Positions 1 to 7,675 of a stretch of DNA of 13,639 nt are shown in pieces. This DNA is from a bacterium (GTDB taxonomy: Bacteria; RBG-13-61-14; DATKZS01). The stretch covers positions 1 to 13,639 of the forward strand of contig JAWOBU010000191.1 of NCBI GenBank assembly GCA_046484135.1, in the 5' to 3' direction. The notes under the pieces were generated by a model, which made no database searches, had not been told where the DNA came from, and saw only the letters and a list, made by a program, of their open reading frames with translations. Position numbers and translations under genes: made by a program. Numbering within the stretch: position 1 is the first letter of the stretch; every line of letters begins with the position of its first letter.

Positions 1-90
1 TCCGGATGGCTGAGTTGTGTGTGCTATCCGGATGGCCGAGTCGTGGGCAGTCAATGGCCGAGGATGGGCTATCATGGTGGCTGAGTGGTT
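1..90. repeat. Degenerate tandem repeat, 4 units of 21-26 bp, core (A/G)TGGCYGAG; may continue beyond the window edge
   Basis: Core at 6-14 (ATGGCTGAG), 32-40 (ATGGCCGAG), 54-62 (ATGGCCGAG) and 77-85 (GTGGCTGAG). Units 1 and 2 match at 17/19 nt: TCCGGATGGCTGAGTTGTG vs TCCGGATGGCCGAGTCGTG. Confidence 0.6.
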
Positions 91-238
91 CAATCCATTT
101 GACAAAGAGTTGTATGTTCCCCGATTGGAAACAAAGACAAATGTCCCGATTGCCGGCGACGCTTATGGAGGGACTGACCGGTCATAAAAAATGGGGGAAC
201 TTCACAGATTAGAACGGCCCTGTTAATGGCCGGTATCT

Positions 239-272
239 AAAAAGCCCCCTTCCGCAAAAAGCGAAAGGGGGC
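239..272 (-). terminator. Rho-independent terminator of the PPIase gene
   Basis: Minus strand reads GCCCCCTTTCGC-TTTTT-GCGGAAGGGGGC-TTTTT: a 12-bp stem with one G-U pair followed by a U tract, 23 nt after the stop codon at 296. Confidence 0.85.
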
Positions 273-295
273 AGTGGTTCGGGCCGGTTTTTTCT

Positions 296-1480
296 TCAGG
301 GAGTTGGAGGGGCCGGCCTTTGCCGGGGTTGCCTTCTCTGTTGCCTCGGCTGCTGCTTTTGCGAGTCCGGGGGCTGCATGCCGGGAGCGGAGGGCTGTTG
401 CTGCTGCTCGGGCAGCGGCTCGACGTACTCGATGTCCGCGGCGTCCATGAGCCCTTCCATGTATGCGTTTATGGCTTCCTGTTTTTTCTTTTGCTTAAGT
501 ACTTCGACTATCTTGTCCCGGACATCCTTCAGGGAGGAAGCGCTCTCCTCTTTCTTCTCCAGGACCTTTACAATGTGATAGCCCATGTCCGTCTCGATGA
601 CCGGGCTTAAGTCTTCTTTTTCCATGTTGAACACCACCTGGTCGAACTTCTCCGGCATGACTCCCTTTTTGATGGTCCGTACCACGTCCTCTTCAGTGCC
701 GCCGAAGTCGGAGTGCTCCTTGGCCAGCTTCATAAAATCCGCGCCCTCTTTGATCTTCTTCCGGATGGACTCGGCCAGGTCCTTTTTCTCTTTCTTCTCT
801 TCTTCGCCCGCCGTAGGAGAGACGCTCAGCATGATCTGTTTGACCTTGACCCGGGGAGGCTCTTTAAAGCGGGTCTTCTGCTCTTCGTACTCCTGTTTGA
901 TCTCTTTCTCGGTAGGCTCTTCCACCTCTGTTTTGCGGTCCAGTACCTCGCTGTGAACAAGCTGGGACCTGGTCAGGTCCCGGAACTGGGCCTTGGAGAG
1001 CCCCATCTCTTGCAACACCGGGTCCAGTCCCTGTCCCTCGGGCAGACGCTGCTTGATGGCGTCGAGCTGCTTCTGAACCTCTTCCGGGTCAGCCTCTATG
1101 TCTTCCTCGGCAGCGGCCTGGTTTAAAAGCTCCATCTGGGCCGCGTTTATCATCGCGATCCTTTTTACCTGGTCCTCGGGAATCCGGCCCGTCGGGAACT
1201 GCATGCCAAGAAGCGACTGCATCATTTTGACCTCGGACTTGTGCACCGGCTCACCATTCACCTTGATCCAGACCGGGTCCTCCCCGCTCTGCGCGGACGA
1301 GCCCTCCGAGGAAGGCGTCGTTTCAGAAGGCGACACCCCGGAGAGTCCCGAAGCCTTACCGGTATCGCCCTGCTCACCCGGCCGCGTCTCCGAGCCGGAA
1401 TCGCCGTCCTTGCAGCTTACCGAAAAAACCATGAAGGCTCCCGTAAGCAATGCCAAAAGTACGCTCATTCCTTTTTTCAT
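296..1480 (-). CDS. PrsA/SurA-like parvulin (PpiC-type) peptidyl-prolyl isomerase/foldase, probable lipoprotein
   Basis: Signal peptide ending FSVS-C23; SurA-N-like region (VNGEPV...LLNQAA...EEV); rotamase motifs GADFMKLAKEHS and LSPVIETDMGYHIVKV; Q/P/R-rich tail; AAGGAG RBS upstream. Confidence 0.85.
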   Translation of the reverse strand: MKKGMSVLLALLTGAFMVFSVSCKDGDSGSETRPGEQGDTGKASGLSGVSPSETTPSSEGSSAQSGEDPVWIKVNGEPVHKSEVKMMQSLLGMQFPTGRIPEDQVKRIAMINAAQMELLNQAAAEEDIEADPEEVQKQLDAIKQRLPEGQGLDPVLQEMGLSKAQFRDLTRSQLVHSEVLDRKTEVEEPTEKEIKQEYEEQKTRFKEPPRVKVKQIMLSVSPTAGEEEKKEKKDLAESIRKKIKEGADFMKLAKEHSDFGGTEEDVVRTIKKGVMPEKFDQVVFNMEKEDLSPVIETDMGYHIVKVLEKKEESASSLKDVRDKIVEVLKQKKKQEAINAYMEGLMDAADIEYVEPLPEQQQQPSAPGMQPPDSQKQQPRQQRRQPRQRPAPPTP

Positions 1481-1565
1481 TATTCTCTCTCCTTAAAATA
1501 AAAATGCCGGCAGAGCATCGCCGGCTCCTCACCACCACTCTCTTTCCTCCTGACCTTAAACCATA

Positions 1566-1594
1566 AAAATATAATGGTTTGGCAAGGATGTCAA
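1566..1594 (-). promoter_or_regulatory. Putative sigma70 promoter for the PPIase gene
   Basis: Minus strand TTGACA (1594-1589), 17 nt spacer, TATTTT (1571-1566). Confidence 0.55.
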
Positions 1595-1624
1595 ATACAA
1601 CTTTCTCCGGCGCCGGAGCAATTC

Positions 1625-1653
1625 TTGACACGTCAACTCTGTAAGAATAAGCT
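1625..1653 (+). promoter_or_regulatory. Putative sigma70 promoter for the porin-prmC unit
   Basis: TTGACA (1625-1630), 17 nt spacer, TAAGCT (1648-1653), then AGGAGG RBS at 1663-1668. Confidence 0.6.
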
Positions 1654-1674
1654 GTAACCTTCAGGAGGTTGGCA

Positions 1675-2892
1675 ATGAAGTGGCTTTACTGCTGGTGTTT
1701 ATTAACAGGTCTTCTTTTATTTTCCGCGCCGGTATCCGGACAGACGGTGTCTCCTTCTTCGGGCGCGCTCGAGATGGGCGGCTACGCCAAGTTCGTTTAC
1801 GCCTTTTCCGTAAAGGACGAGGACACCATGTGGGAAGGCAGGGACGAGTTTTATACCTCTCTGGTGGGACTTCGTCTTCACGGCGTCCTTTCGGAGCACC
1901 TGAGCTATAACTTGGAGATCGCGGCGGGCTACAACCCGGAGCGCGACCAGGGAGGCCTGGCCGGCTTTCCCAACCCCGGCGAGGTCGGCACCATCGGGGT
2001 CCGGGAAGCCTACTTCACCGTGTCCAACGCCATCCCCTGGACCACGGTCAAGGCGGGGACCTTCATTCCGCCGGTCACCAACTACATGCCCCGGCCGGTA
2101 ACCAGCCTGGACCTCATTCAGTACCCGCTTTTAAACAACGCTTCCCGCATGACCCCGGACCTCTTTGCAAAAGACAACCGGCCGCCGGCGCGGGACCTGT
2201 CCACCTGGCAGCAGACCGGCTTTAACCTTTCCATCGAACCGCCTTACCTCGTCAAACTGGACTTGGGGATGTATAACGGGATGATGCCGGACGGGCAGGC
2301 CAACGGCGACCGGAACGTGGCCGAAGCCGTGAACGCGGTCATGACCTTTGAGCCGGACGACCGCCTCTCCGTGTCCATGGCCTACTGGGGCGAGGAGTTT
2401 CAAATGGAGTACCCCGGCTATGCGTCGGGCGCCAAGCGTAACCTGACCATATGGTACCTGTACGGGTCCTACACCACCTCGAACCTGGAGGTCTACGCGG
2501 ATTACGCCCAGGCCCAGATACCGCGCATGCAGCTCGACAACACCGGAGAGTTCACCGACCTCTCCTGGGAGTCGTGGCAGATAACCGCAGGCTATCGGAT
2601 ACTGAACAACGTGTCTTTATGGGCCCGATATGAAGAGATAGACCCCAACCTGGCCGACAGGGTCCAGGTGCCTCAAAGCCGCTACGACGACAGCAAGTGG
2701 ACCACCATTGGAGTCAACTGGCGGCTCTTCGAGAACGTGGAGCTCTCCGGCAACTACGTCCACAAGGAAGAGGAGGCCCGGGACATTGATGAAGGAGAAC
2801 CCGGCCAGGACCCCACTCTGCCGCTTTACGACCCCAAGTACAGCGCCCAGAAGAACGACCTGTTCCTCCTCCAACTCCAGGTATGGCAGTAA
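1675..2892 (+). CDS. Outer-membrane beta-barrel protein, porin-like (resembles the OprO/OprP-like group)
   Basis: The ATG at 1675 is 6 nt after AGGAGG; the track's TTG at 1669 abuts the RBS. Signal peptide, alternating aromatic beta-strand patterns (MGGYAKFVY, VREAYF, WARYEEIDP, WTTIGVNW) and an amphipathic last strand FLLQLQVWQ. Confidence 0.7.
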   Translation: MKWLYCWCLLTGLLLFSAPVSGQTVSPSSGALEMGGYAKFVYAFSVKDEDTMWEGRDEFYTSLVGLRLHGVLSEHLSYNLEIAAGYNPERDQGGLAGFPNPGEVGTIGVREAYFTVSNAIPWTTVKAGTFIPPVTNYMPRPVTSLDLIQYPLLNNASRMTPDLFAKDNRPPARDLSTWQQTGFNLSIEPPYLVKLDLGMYNGMMPDGQANGDRNVAEAVNAVMTFEPDDRLSVSMAYWGEEFQMEYPGYASGAKRNLTIWYLYGSYTTSNLEVYADYAQAQIPRMQLDNTGEFTDLSWESWQITAGYRILNNVSLWARYEEIDPNLADRVQVPQSRYDDSKWTTIGVNWRLFENVELSGNYVHKEEEARDIDEGEPGQDPTLPLYDPKYSAQKNDLFLLQLQVWQ

Positions 2893-2930
2893 GACGCATA
2901 CACTGGTCATGAGTGAGACGGTAAAGTAAG

Positions 2931-3812
2931 ATGTGCCCCGAGCCGACCTCGATGTGGACCGTTAAGGAGCTCCTGGACTGGACCGCACGGGACTTCGCGG
3001 AAAAGGGAGTAGACACCGCCCGCCTGGACGCCGAGCTCCTCCTTGCCGAAGCAATGCAATGCTCCCGGCTCGACCTTTACCTCCGGTTCGACGACGTGCC
3101 GGACGAGAACTCTCTTGCGCTATTTCGCGAGTACGTCAAGCGTCGGCGCCGGCGGGAGCCGGTTGCTTATATCCTCGGCAAGAAGCCTTTCCACGACATC
3201 GAGGTCCATATAAATCCGGGCGTGTTCATCTCCCGGCCCGAGACCGAGTTCCTGGTGGACGCGGCCGCGGACCGGCTGAAAGGGATACCCGCGGGCAAGT
3301 CAAAAATCTTGGACATAGGCTGCGGCAGCGGAGCGGTCATTCTTTCCATCCTGAACGCGGTTCCGCTGGTGCAGGCCTGCGCAGTGGACCTGGACCCCAA
3401 AGCGGGCGAGAACCTCATGCAGAACGCAAAAAGGCTCGGGCTGAAAAACCGGGTCCGTTTCTTTTGCGGGGACCTGTTCGAGCCGGTAAGGGACGAGGGC
3501 CCGTTTGATATGGTTACCATGAACCCGCCTTACATCCCCACTGATGAGATACCTTCCCTCGAACCCGAGGTCAGGGATTATGAACCCTACCGGGCCTTGA
3601 ACGGAGGCCCGGACGGCCTGGACGTGATAAGGCGACTTCTCAATGAATCCCCTCCGTACATCAAGTACGGGGGATGGCTTCTGTTCGAGATCGGCGAAGG
3701 CCAGGCTGACAGGGTCAAGGAGCTCGCCCCCCCGGAGCTGTCCTCCGAAGAATTCCGCAAAGACCTGCAAGGGATTCCCAGGGTGGCTGTTTTTCGACGC
3801 GTCCGGGAGTGA
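2931..3812 (+). CDS. prmC: Release factor glutamine N5-methyltransferase (HemK/PrmC)
   Basis: ARLDAELLLA, RRRREPVAYILG, VFISRPETEFLV, SAM motif LDIGCGSG, NPPY motif, EPYRALNGGPDGL, FEIGEGQA. Confidence 0.95.
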   Translation: MCPEPTSMWTVKELLDWTARDFAEKGVDTARLDAELLLAEAMQCSRLDLYLRFDDVPDENSLALFREYVKRRRRREPVAYILGKKPFHDIEVHINPGVFISRPETEFLVDAAADRLKGIPAGKSKILDIGCGSGAVILSILNAVPLVQACAVDLDPKAGENLMQNAKRLGLKNRVRFFCGDLFEPVRDEGPFDMVTMNPPYIPTDEIPSLEPEVRDYEPYRALNGGPDGLDVIRRLLNESPPYIKYGGWLLFEIGEGQADRVKELAPPELSSEEFRKDLQGIPRVAVFRRVRE

Positions 3813-3833
3813 AGCCGGTTTGCAGAGCTTAAT

Positions 3834-4301
3834 TTATTCCCGCTTCCAGGTGCCGGAGCGGCCTCCGGCCTTCTCTTCCAGCCGGATGCTTTCTATCTCC
3901 ATCTGCCGGTCCATGGCCTTGGCCATGTCGTAAATGCAAAGGGCGGCTCCCGCCACTGCGGCCATGGCCTCCATCTCCGCGCCCGTCCGCGCGGTAACCC
4001 GGACGCGGCTTTCGATCCTTACTCCGTCTTCTACCACTTCAAGCTCGACCTCCACGTGGTCGAGCGGCAAAGGATGAGCAAGCGGCACCAGGTCGCTCGT
4101 TCGCTTGGCAGCCTGAATGCCCGCAAGCCGGGCCGAGGCCAGGACCTCGCCTTTCTGCACCGATCCTTCCCGAACGGCTTTCGCGGTCTCCGCGCTCATG
4201 CGCACCTTGCCGGACGCCCGGGCATAACGCCGCGTAACCTCCTTGTCCCCCACGTCCACCATCTTCAGCCGGCCTTTGTCGTCAATGTGAGTGAGAGCCA
4301 T
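3834..4301 (-). CDS. moaC: Cyclic pyranopterin monophosphate synthase
   Basis: Start reassigned to the ATG at 4301 (MALTHID...MVDV), with GGAGG at 4312-4308. Motifs KGEVL...AGIQAAKRTSDLVPLAHP, TGAEMEA, IYDMAKA, KAGGRSG. Confidence 0.95.
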   Translation of the reverse strand: MALTHIDDKGRLKMVDVGDKEVTRRYARASGKVRMSAETAKAVREGSVQKGEVLASARLAGIQAAKRTSDLVPLAHPLPLDHVEVELEVVEDGVRIESRVRVTARTGAEMEAMAAVAGAALCIYDMAKAMDRQMEIESIRLEEKAGGRSGTWKRE

Positions 4302-4302
4302 C

Positions 4303-5568
4303 TCAATCCTCCCGGAGCCGCCACACGTCCACTTCAGAGCCGCTTTCCACCACCGTCCTCTCGCCGGGCACGTCAATAAGCACGTCCGCATCCAGCATCG
4401 AGCTTAAGACCCCGCTCTTCTGGTCATGATACGTCTTAACCTCTAAACAAGGACCGGAAGACACCAGCTTGCCCCGAAGGAACTTGCGCCTGCCCGCCTT
4501 GGTTCTTACCTCGCCCGCCATGATCGCGCGGCCTTTTCGCATTCCGTGCTCGCTCCTTCCTGATATCTTGTCCAGGACCGGCCGCACAAAAAGGTGGAAA
4601 CACACCATGGCGGACACCGGGTTGCCGGGGAGGCCGAACACGAGCTGACTCCCGCGCTTTCCCGCAAAGGTGGGCTTGCCCGGCTTTATGGCCGCCTTGT
4701 AAAAGACCTCTTTATAGCCTTTATCCTGAAGGAGGTCCAGGACAAAGTCGTAATCCCCCACCGACACTCCGCCGGAGAGCAAGACCACGTCCGCGTCCCG
4801 CGCTCTGGAAAGCTTCTTGTCGAGAGCGCCGGGCCGGTCGCGCGCGATCCCCAAAAACTCCGCCCGGCAGCCGTGCTCCCGGCAGAGACCAAGAAGCGAG
4901 TACCCGTTCGCGTCGTAGATGGCGCCCGGCCTGAGCTCCTTTCCCGGCATTTGGACCTCGTCGCCGGTGGAGATGATCGCGGTGCGTTGCCGCCGGGAGA
5001 CAAGTGCATCCTGCCTGCCCATCGCCGCCAGCATGCCCATGACCGCAGCAGATACGCGGGTCCCCGCGGAAAGCACCGTCCTGCCTTTCTGTACGTCCTC
5101 ACCCGCGCGGCCCGAGTTGTCGCCCGGACGGACCTCCTTTGCGATATCTACGAAGCCCGCGGCTTCGCCCCGGGTGTCTTCTACCTTTACTACCGCGTCA
5201 GCGCCCGCGGGAAGCGGAGCGCCGGTCATGATCCGCACCGCCTGCCCGGACTTTAACTTCAGGCCGCTCGTTTTCCCAGCCGGCAGGTCTTCCAGAACTT
5301 CGAGCCGGACCGGCTTGTCAGCCGAAGCCCCCCGGCTGTCCTCCGACCGGAGCGCGTAACCGTCCATGGCCGACTTGTCAAAAGGAGGTATGTCAAAACC
5401 CGCTTTCACGTTCTCGCGCAGGACCCGCCCGAGAGCGCTTTTTACGGACACGGTTTCCGTGCCGAGCTTTGCGAGAGCTGCGTTCATCACCTTTTCCAGG
5501 GCCTCTTCATAGGGCATTAGAGGAGTGTCCAGAGGTCTTTCCCGTCTTTTGTCCTTGTTCTTTACCAT
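4303..5568 (-). CDS. moeA: Molybdopterin molybdenumtransferase (gephyrin E-like)
   Basis: PPFDKSAMDGYA, RIMTGAPLP, STGDE, SGGVSVGDYDF, KPGKP, GLPGNPVSA. The exact start is slightly uncertain. Confidence 0.95.
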   Translation of the reverse strand: MVKNKDKRRERPLDTPLMPYEEALEKVMNAALAKLGTETVSVKSALGRVLRENVKAGFDIPPFDKSAMDGYALRSEDSRGASADKPVRLEVLEDLPAGKTSGLKLKSGQAVRIMTGAPLPAGADAVVKVEDTRGEAAGFVDIAKEVRPGDNSGRAGEDVQKGRTVLSAGTRVSAAVMGMLAAMGRQDALVSRRQRTAIISTGDEVQMPGKELRPGAIYDANGYSLLGLCREHGCRAEFLGIARDRPGALDKKLSRARDADVVLLSGGVSVGDYDFVLDLLQDKGYKEVFYKAAIKPGKPTFAGKRGSQLVFGLPGNPVSAMVCFHLFVRPVLDKISGRSEHGMRKGRAIMAGEVRTKAGRRKFLRGKLVSSGPCLEVKTYHDQKSGVLSSMLDADVLIDVPGERTVVESGSEVDVWRLRED

Positions 5569-5574
5569 GTTCTT

Positions 5575-6939
5575 TTACTCCGGTTTCCGGGCCGTCATGA
5601 GGTCGGAGGGCCCGGGCAGAAGTATGGTCTCCGGCTCATTGAACCCTGCGGCCCGGAACCAGTCGGCGTACTCCTTTTCGCTGTAGGCCCCGCCGGCCGG
5701 CGTGTTCACGAGCATGTTCAGGGCGAACAGCGCTCCGAAGCGCGGAGCGGTCTTGTCCTCGCTCAGCACGAAGTCCTGCATGGCCAGCATTCCGCCGGGG
5801 TTCAGGGCCTCGAATATCTTTTGGAAGAGCTTTTGGTTTTCTTCCGGCGACCACATGTGGCAGATGGCGAAGAGGAGCACCAGGTCGTAACCCATGCCCA
5901 GCTCGTCTTCCATCATGTCGCCCGCGCGGACCAGTATCCTTCCTTTCATGTTGGCTTCTTCTATGTAGCTTCTGGTGAGTTCGATGACTTCCGGCACGTC
6001 GAACACGGTGGCTTTCAGCTCCGAATTCTTCTGCGCGAGCGCTATCGAGTAAGCGCCGGAGCCTCCGCCCAGGTCGAGCACCCTTTTGACGCCGGCGAGG
6101 TCCAGCTTTGACGCCACCAGTCCGGCCTGGAAGGACGCGTTCCTGTGCATGGCCGCGATAAACGCCCGGGTCTGCTCCTGGCTTCTTTTTGCCTTGGCCT
6201 CGGGATGCACCGCGGTGCCCGCCTTGACGGCGTCGGTAAGGGTGGACCAGCGGTGCCACAGGTGCGCCGCGTGCAAGGCCCCGTCCCGGGAGTTCAAGGA
6301 AGAGTCCGAACGCAGGAACTTGCCGGTAAGCTCCGAGTTGTAAAAGGTGTCGTTTTCTTTCTCCAGCATCTCCAGGGCTACCAGCGCGTTCAAAAGCGAC
6401 TCGGTGGACCGCACGTCAGCGCCGATAGCGGAAGCTGCTTCGGACGCCGTTGCGCCGTCGCCGACCGCACTCATGAGGTCCAGCTCGATCGCGGTGAGCA
6501 CCGCCCTGCTTTGCATGAAGCTCCGCATGAGCTCGTTGAACTCGGGAGGCATGACACCGCCCTCTTCCATGGCCTTCTTGACCGCCCGCGTTTTTTGGTC
6601 GTGCTCTTTTATCTCCTGCTTTACCTTTTTCGGGTCTGTAAGCAACAGCCTTTGTACAGGTTCTCCTTTTACGAGGTGTTCTTCCACCAGGGCGGGCACG
6701 TCCTCGGCAGTAACGCCCGCGTACCAGCTCGCATCCGGGTAGACGATCAGGTTGGGGCCCCGCTCGCATATACCCAGGCAGCCGCATTCGGTTACCAGAA
6801 CGCCGTCCGAAAGGCCCTTATTCTCGATCTCCCGGCGGAGCGCGGCCAGGACCTCTTTGCCGCCCTTGCCCGGGCAGGACGGGACCCATTCCGGCTTGTC
6901 CGCCTGACAGATGAACACGTGATATCGGAAAGGCTCCAT
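5575..6939 (-). CDS. Fusion of an N-terminal thioredoxin-like [2Fe-2S] ferredoxin and a SAM-dependent O-methyltransferase (dimerisation + Methyltransf_2-type domains)
   Basis: C-X10-C-X31-C-X3-C with CLGICERGPNLIVYP...WYAGVT..DV; dimerisation region SRAVLTAIELDL...LLNALVALEML; VLDLGGGSG, TVFDVPEV, AGDM, ICHMW. The ATG at 6939 is preferred over 6945 because AAGGAG (6951-6946) abuts the latter. Confidence 0.85.
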   Translation of the reverse strand: MEPFRYHVFICQADKPEWVPSCPGKGGKEVLAALRREIENKGLSDGVLVTECGCLGICERGPNLIVYPDASWYAGVTAEDVPALVEEHLVKGEPVQRLLLTDPKKVKQEIKEHDQKTRAVKKAMEEGGVMPPEFNELMRSFMQSRAVLTAIELDLMSAVGDGATASEAASAIGADVRSTESLLNALVALEMLEKENDTFYNSELTGKFLRSDSSLNSRDGALHAAHLWHRWSTLTDAVKAGTAVHPEAKAKRSQEQTRAFIAAMHRNASFQAGLVASKLDLAGVKRVLDLGGGSGAYSIALAQKNSELKATVFDVPEVIELTRSYIEEANMKGRILVRAGDMMEDELGMGYDLVLLFAICHMWSPEENQKLFQKIFEALNPGGMLAMQDFVLSEDKTAPRFGALFALNMLVNTPAGGAYSEKEYADWFRAAGFNEPETILLPGPSDLMTARKPE

Positions 6940-6959
6940 TCTCATCTCCTTGGAGAAGG

Positions 6960-6988
6960 ATTATCCTCTTACCGTGGCGGCCGGTCAA
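6960..6988 (-). promoter_or_regulatory. Putative sigma70 promoter for the Fd-methyltransferase/moeA/moaC operon
   Basis: Minus strand TTGACC (6988-6983), 17 nt spacer, GATAAT (6965-6960). Confidence 0.55.
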
Positions 6989-7085
6989 GCGGGTTTGCAA
7001 TGCTTCTTGCAGTTTCATATCTTACAATGGAGTCGCGGCGGAATTGTCGCGGCTTCCATGATAATTACCGGAAAGGAGTTCGGAT

Positions 7086-7520
7086 GTGTCGGAAGGACAA
7101 ATAACTGAAGGTTTAAAGGAGTTATTCTCCGGTGATCCGTTTGCAGCGGAGCTCGGGATCGAGATTGTCGAGCTTGTTCCGGGCCGGTCGAAAGTGAAGA
7201 TGCAGCTTGCGAGGAAGCATCGGAACTTCCTGGGGTTCGTGCACGGGGGCGCCATCTTCACGCTTTTGGACCAGGCATTTGCGCTTGCGAGCAACTCGCA
7301 CAACTTATCGTCAGTTGCCATAGACATGAGCGTGCACTTCATTCGGGCGCCTTCTCCGGAGGCGGTGCTTTTTGCGGAGGGCCGCGAGATAAGCCGAAGC
7401 CGGAAGCTGGGTCTTTACGAGCTCACGGTTACGGATGAAGCGGGTGAGCAGGTCTGTCGGAGCGAAGGGCGGGTGTACCGGATCGGAAACCCCATAGTGG
7501 AATCAGGGGAAAAGGAGTAG
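7086..7520 (+). CDS. PaaI-family hotdog-fold acyl-CoA thioesterase
   Basis: DPFAAELGIEI, HRNFLGFVHGGAIFTLLDQAFALASNS, SRKLGLYELTV; GTG start after AAGGAG. Confidence 0.9.
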   Translation: MSEGQITEGLKELFSGDPFAAELGIEIVELVPGRSKVKMQLARKHRNFLGFVHGGAIFTLLDQAFALASNSHNLSSVAIDMSVHFIRAPSPEAVLFAEGREISRSRKLGLYELTVTDEAGEQVCRSEGRVYRIGNPIVESGEKE

Positions 7521-7535
7521 CTTGGAAAAGCGGAA

Positions 7536-7557
7536 TCGCGACTAAAGTCGCTCGCAC
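7536..7557 (-). repeat. Single REP-like extragenic palindrome
   Basis: Minus strand GTGC-GA-GCGACT-TT-AGTCGC-GA: a short palindrome with a tetranucleotide head resembling the GTAG/GTGG-type REP layout. Only one copy in the window. Confidence 0.35.
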
Positions 7558-7621
7558 GGAAAGCAATCATAAGCGTTTACTTTAATGGCGGTGGAAGACG
7601 TTTGCGGGCGCGAGCTTTTAA

Positions 7622-7655
7622 ATCAGAAACGGCGGAGCCCGAAGGCCCCGCCGTT
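7622..7655 (-). terminator. Rho-independent terminator downstream of the OMP gene
   Basis: Minus strand AACGGCGGGGCC-TTCG-GGCTCCGCCGTT-TCTGATTT: a 12-bp stem with a C(UUCG)G tetraloop, 20 nt after the stop at 7676. It lies between convergent genes and may be bidirectional. Confidence 0.8.
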
Positions 7656-7675
7656 CATTACAATCAAGGCTTTTT

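Noticed and set aside
1..90. Possible CRISPR array
   Set aside because: The period is only 22-26 nt, the repeats are degenerate, there is no room for spacers, and no cas genes are present.
6..212. 68-aa ORF at the left edge
   Set aside because: It runs through a repeat whose periods do not keep frame, and it has no recognisable features.
3834..4301. MoaC substitutions (PLAHP for PLCHP, YDMAK for YDMCK) as a sign of pseudogenisation
   Set aside because: The frame is intact and the other conserved motifs are retained; this is most likely natural variation.
6946..7085. Moco riboswitch or ModE box upstream of the moeA/moaC operon
   Set aside because: The predicted leader is only about 15 nt and I recognise no such motif. 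The short dyads TCTCC-TT-GGAGA and AGGAT-T-ATCCT are too small to support a call.
6145..7104. 319-aa plus-strand ORF (and similar shadows at 4594-5256, 8615-9277 and 9963-10628)
   Set aside because: They overlap well-supported minus-strand genes and have no protein-like motifs.
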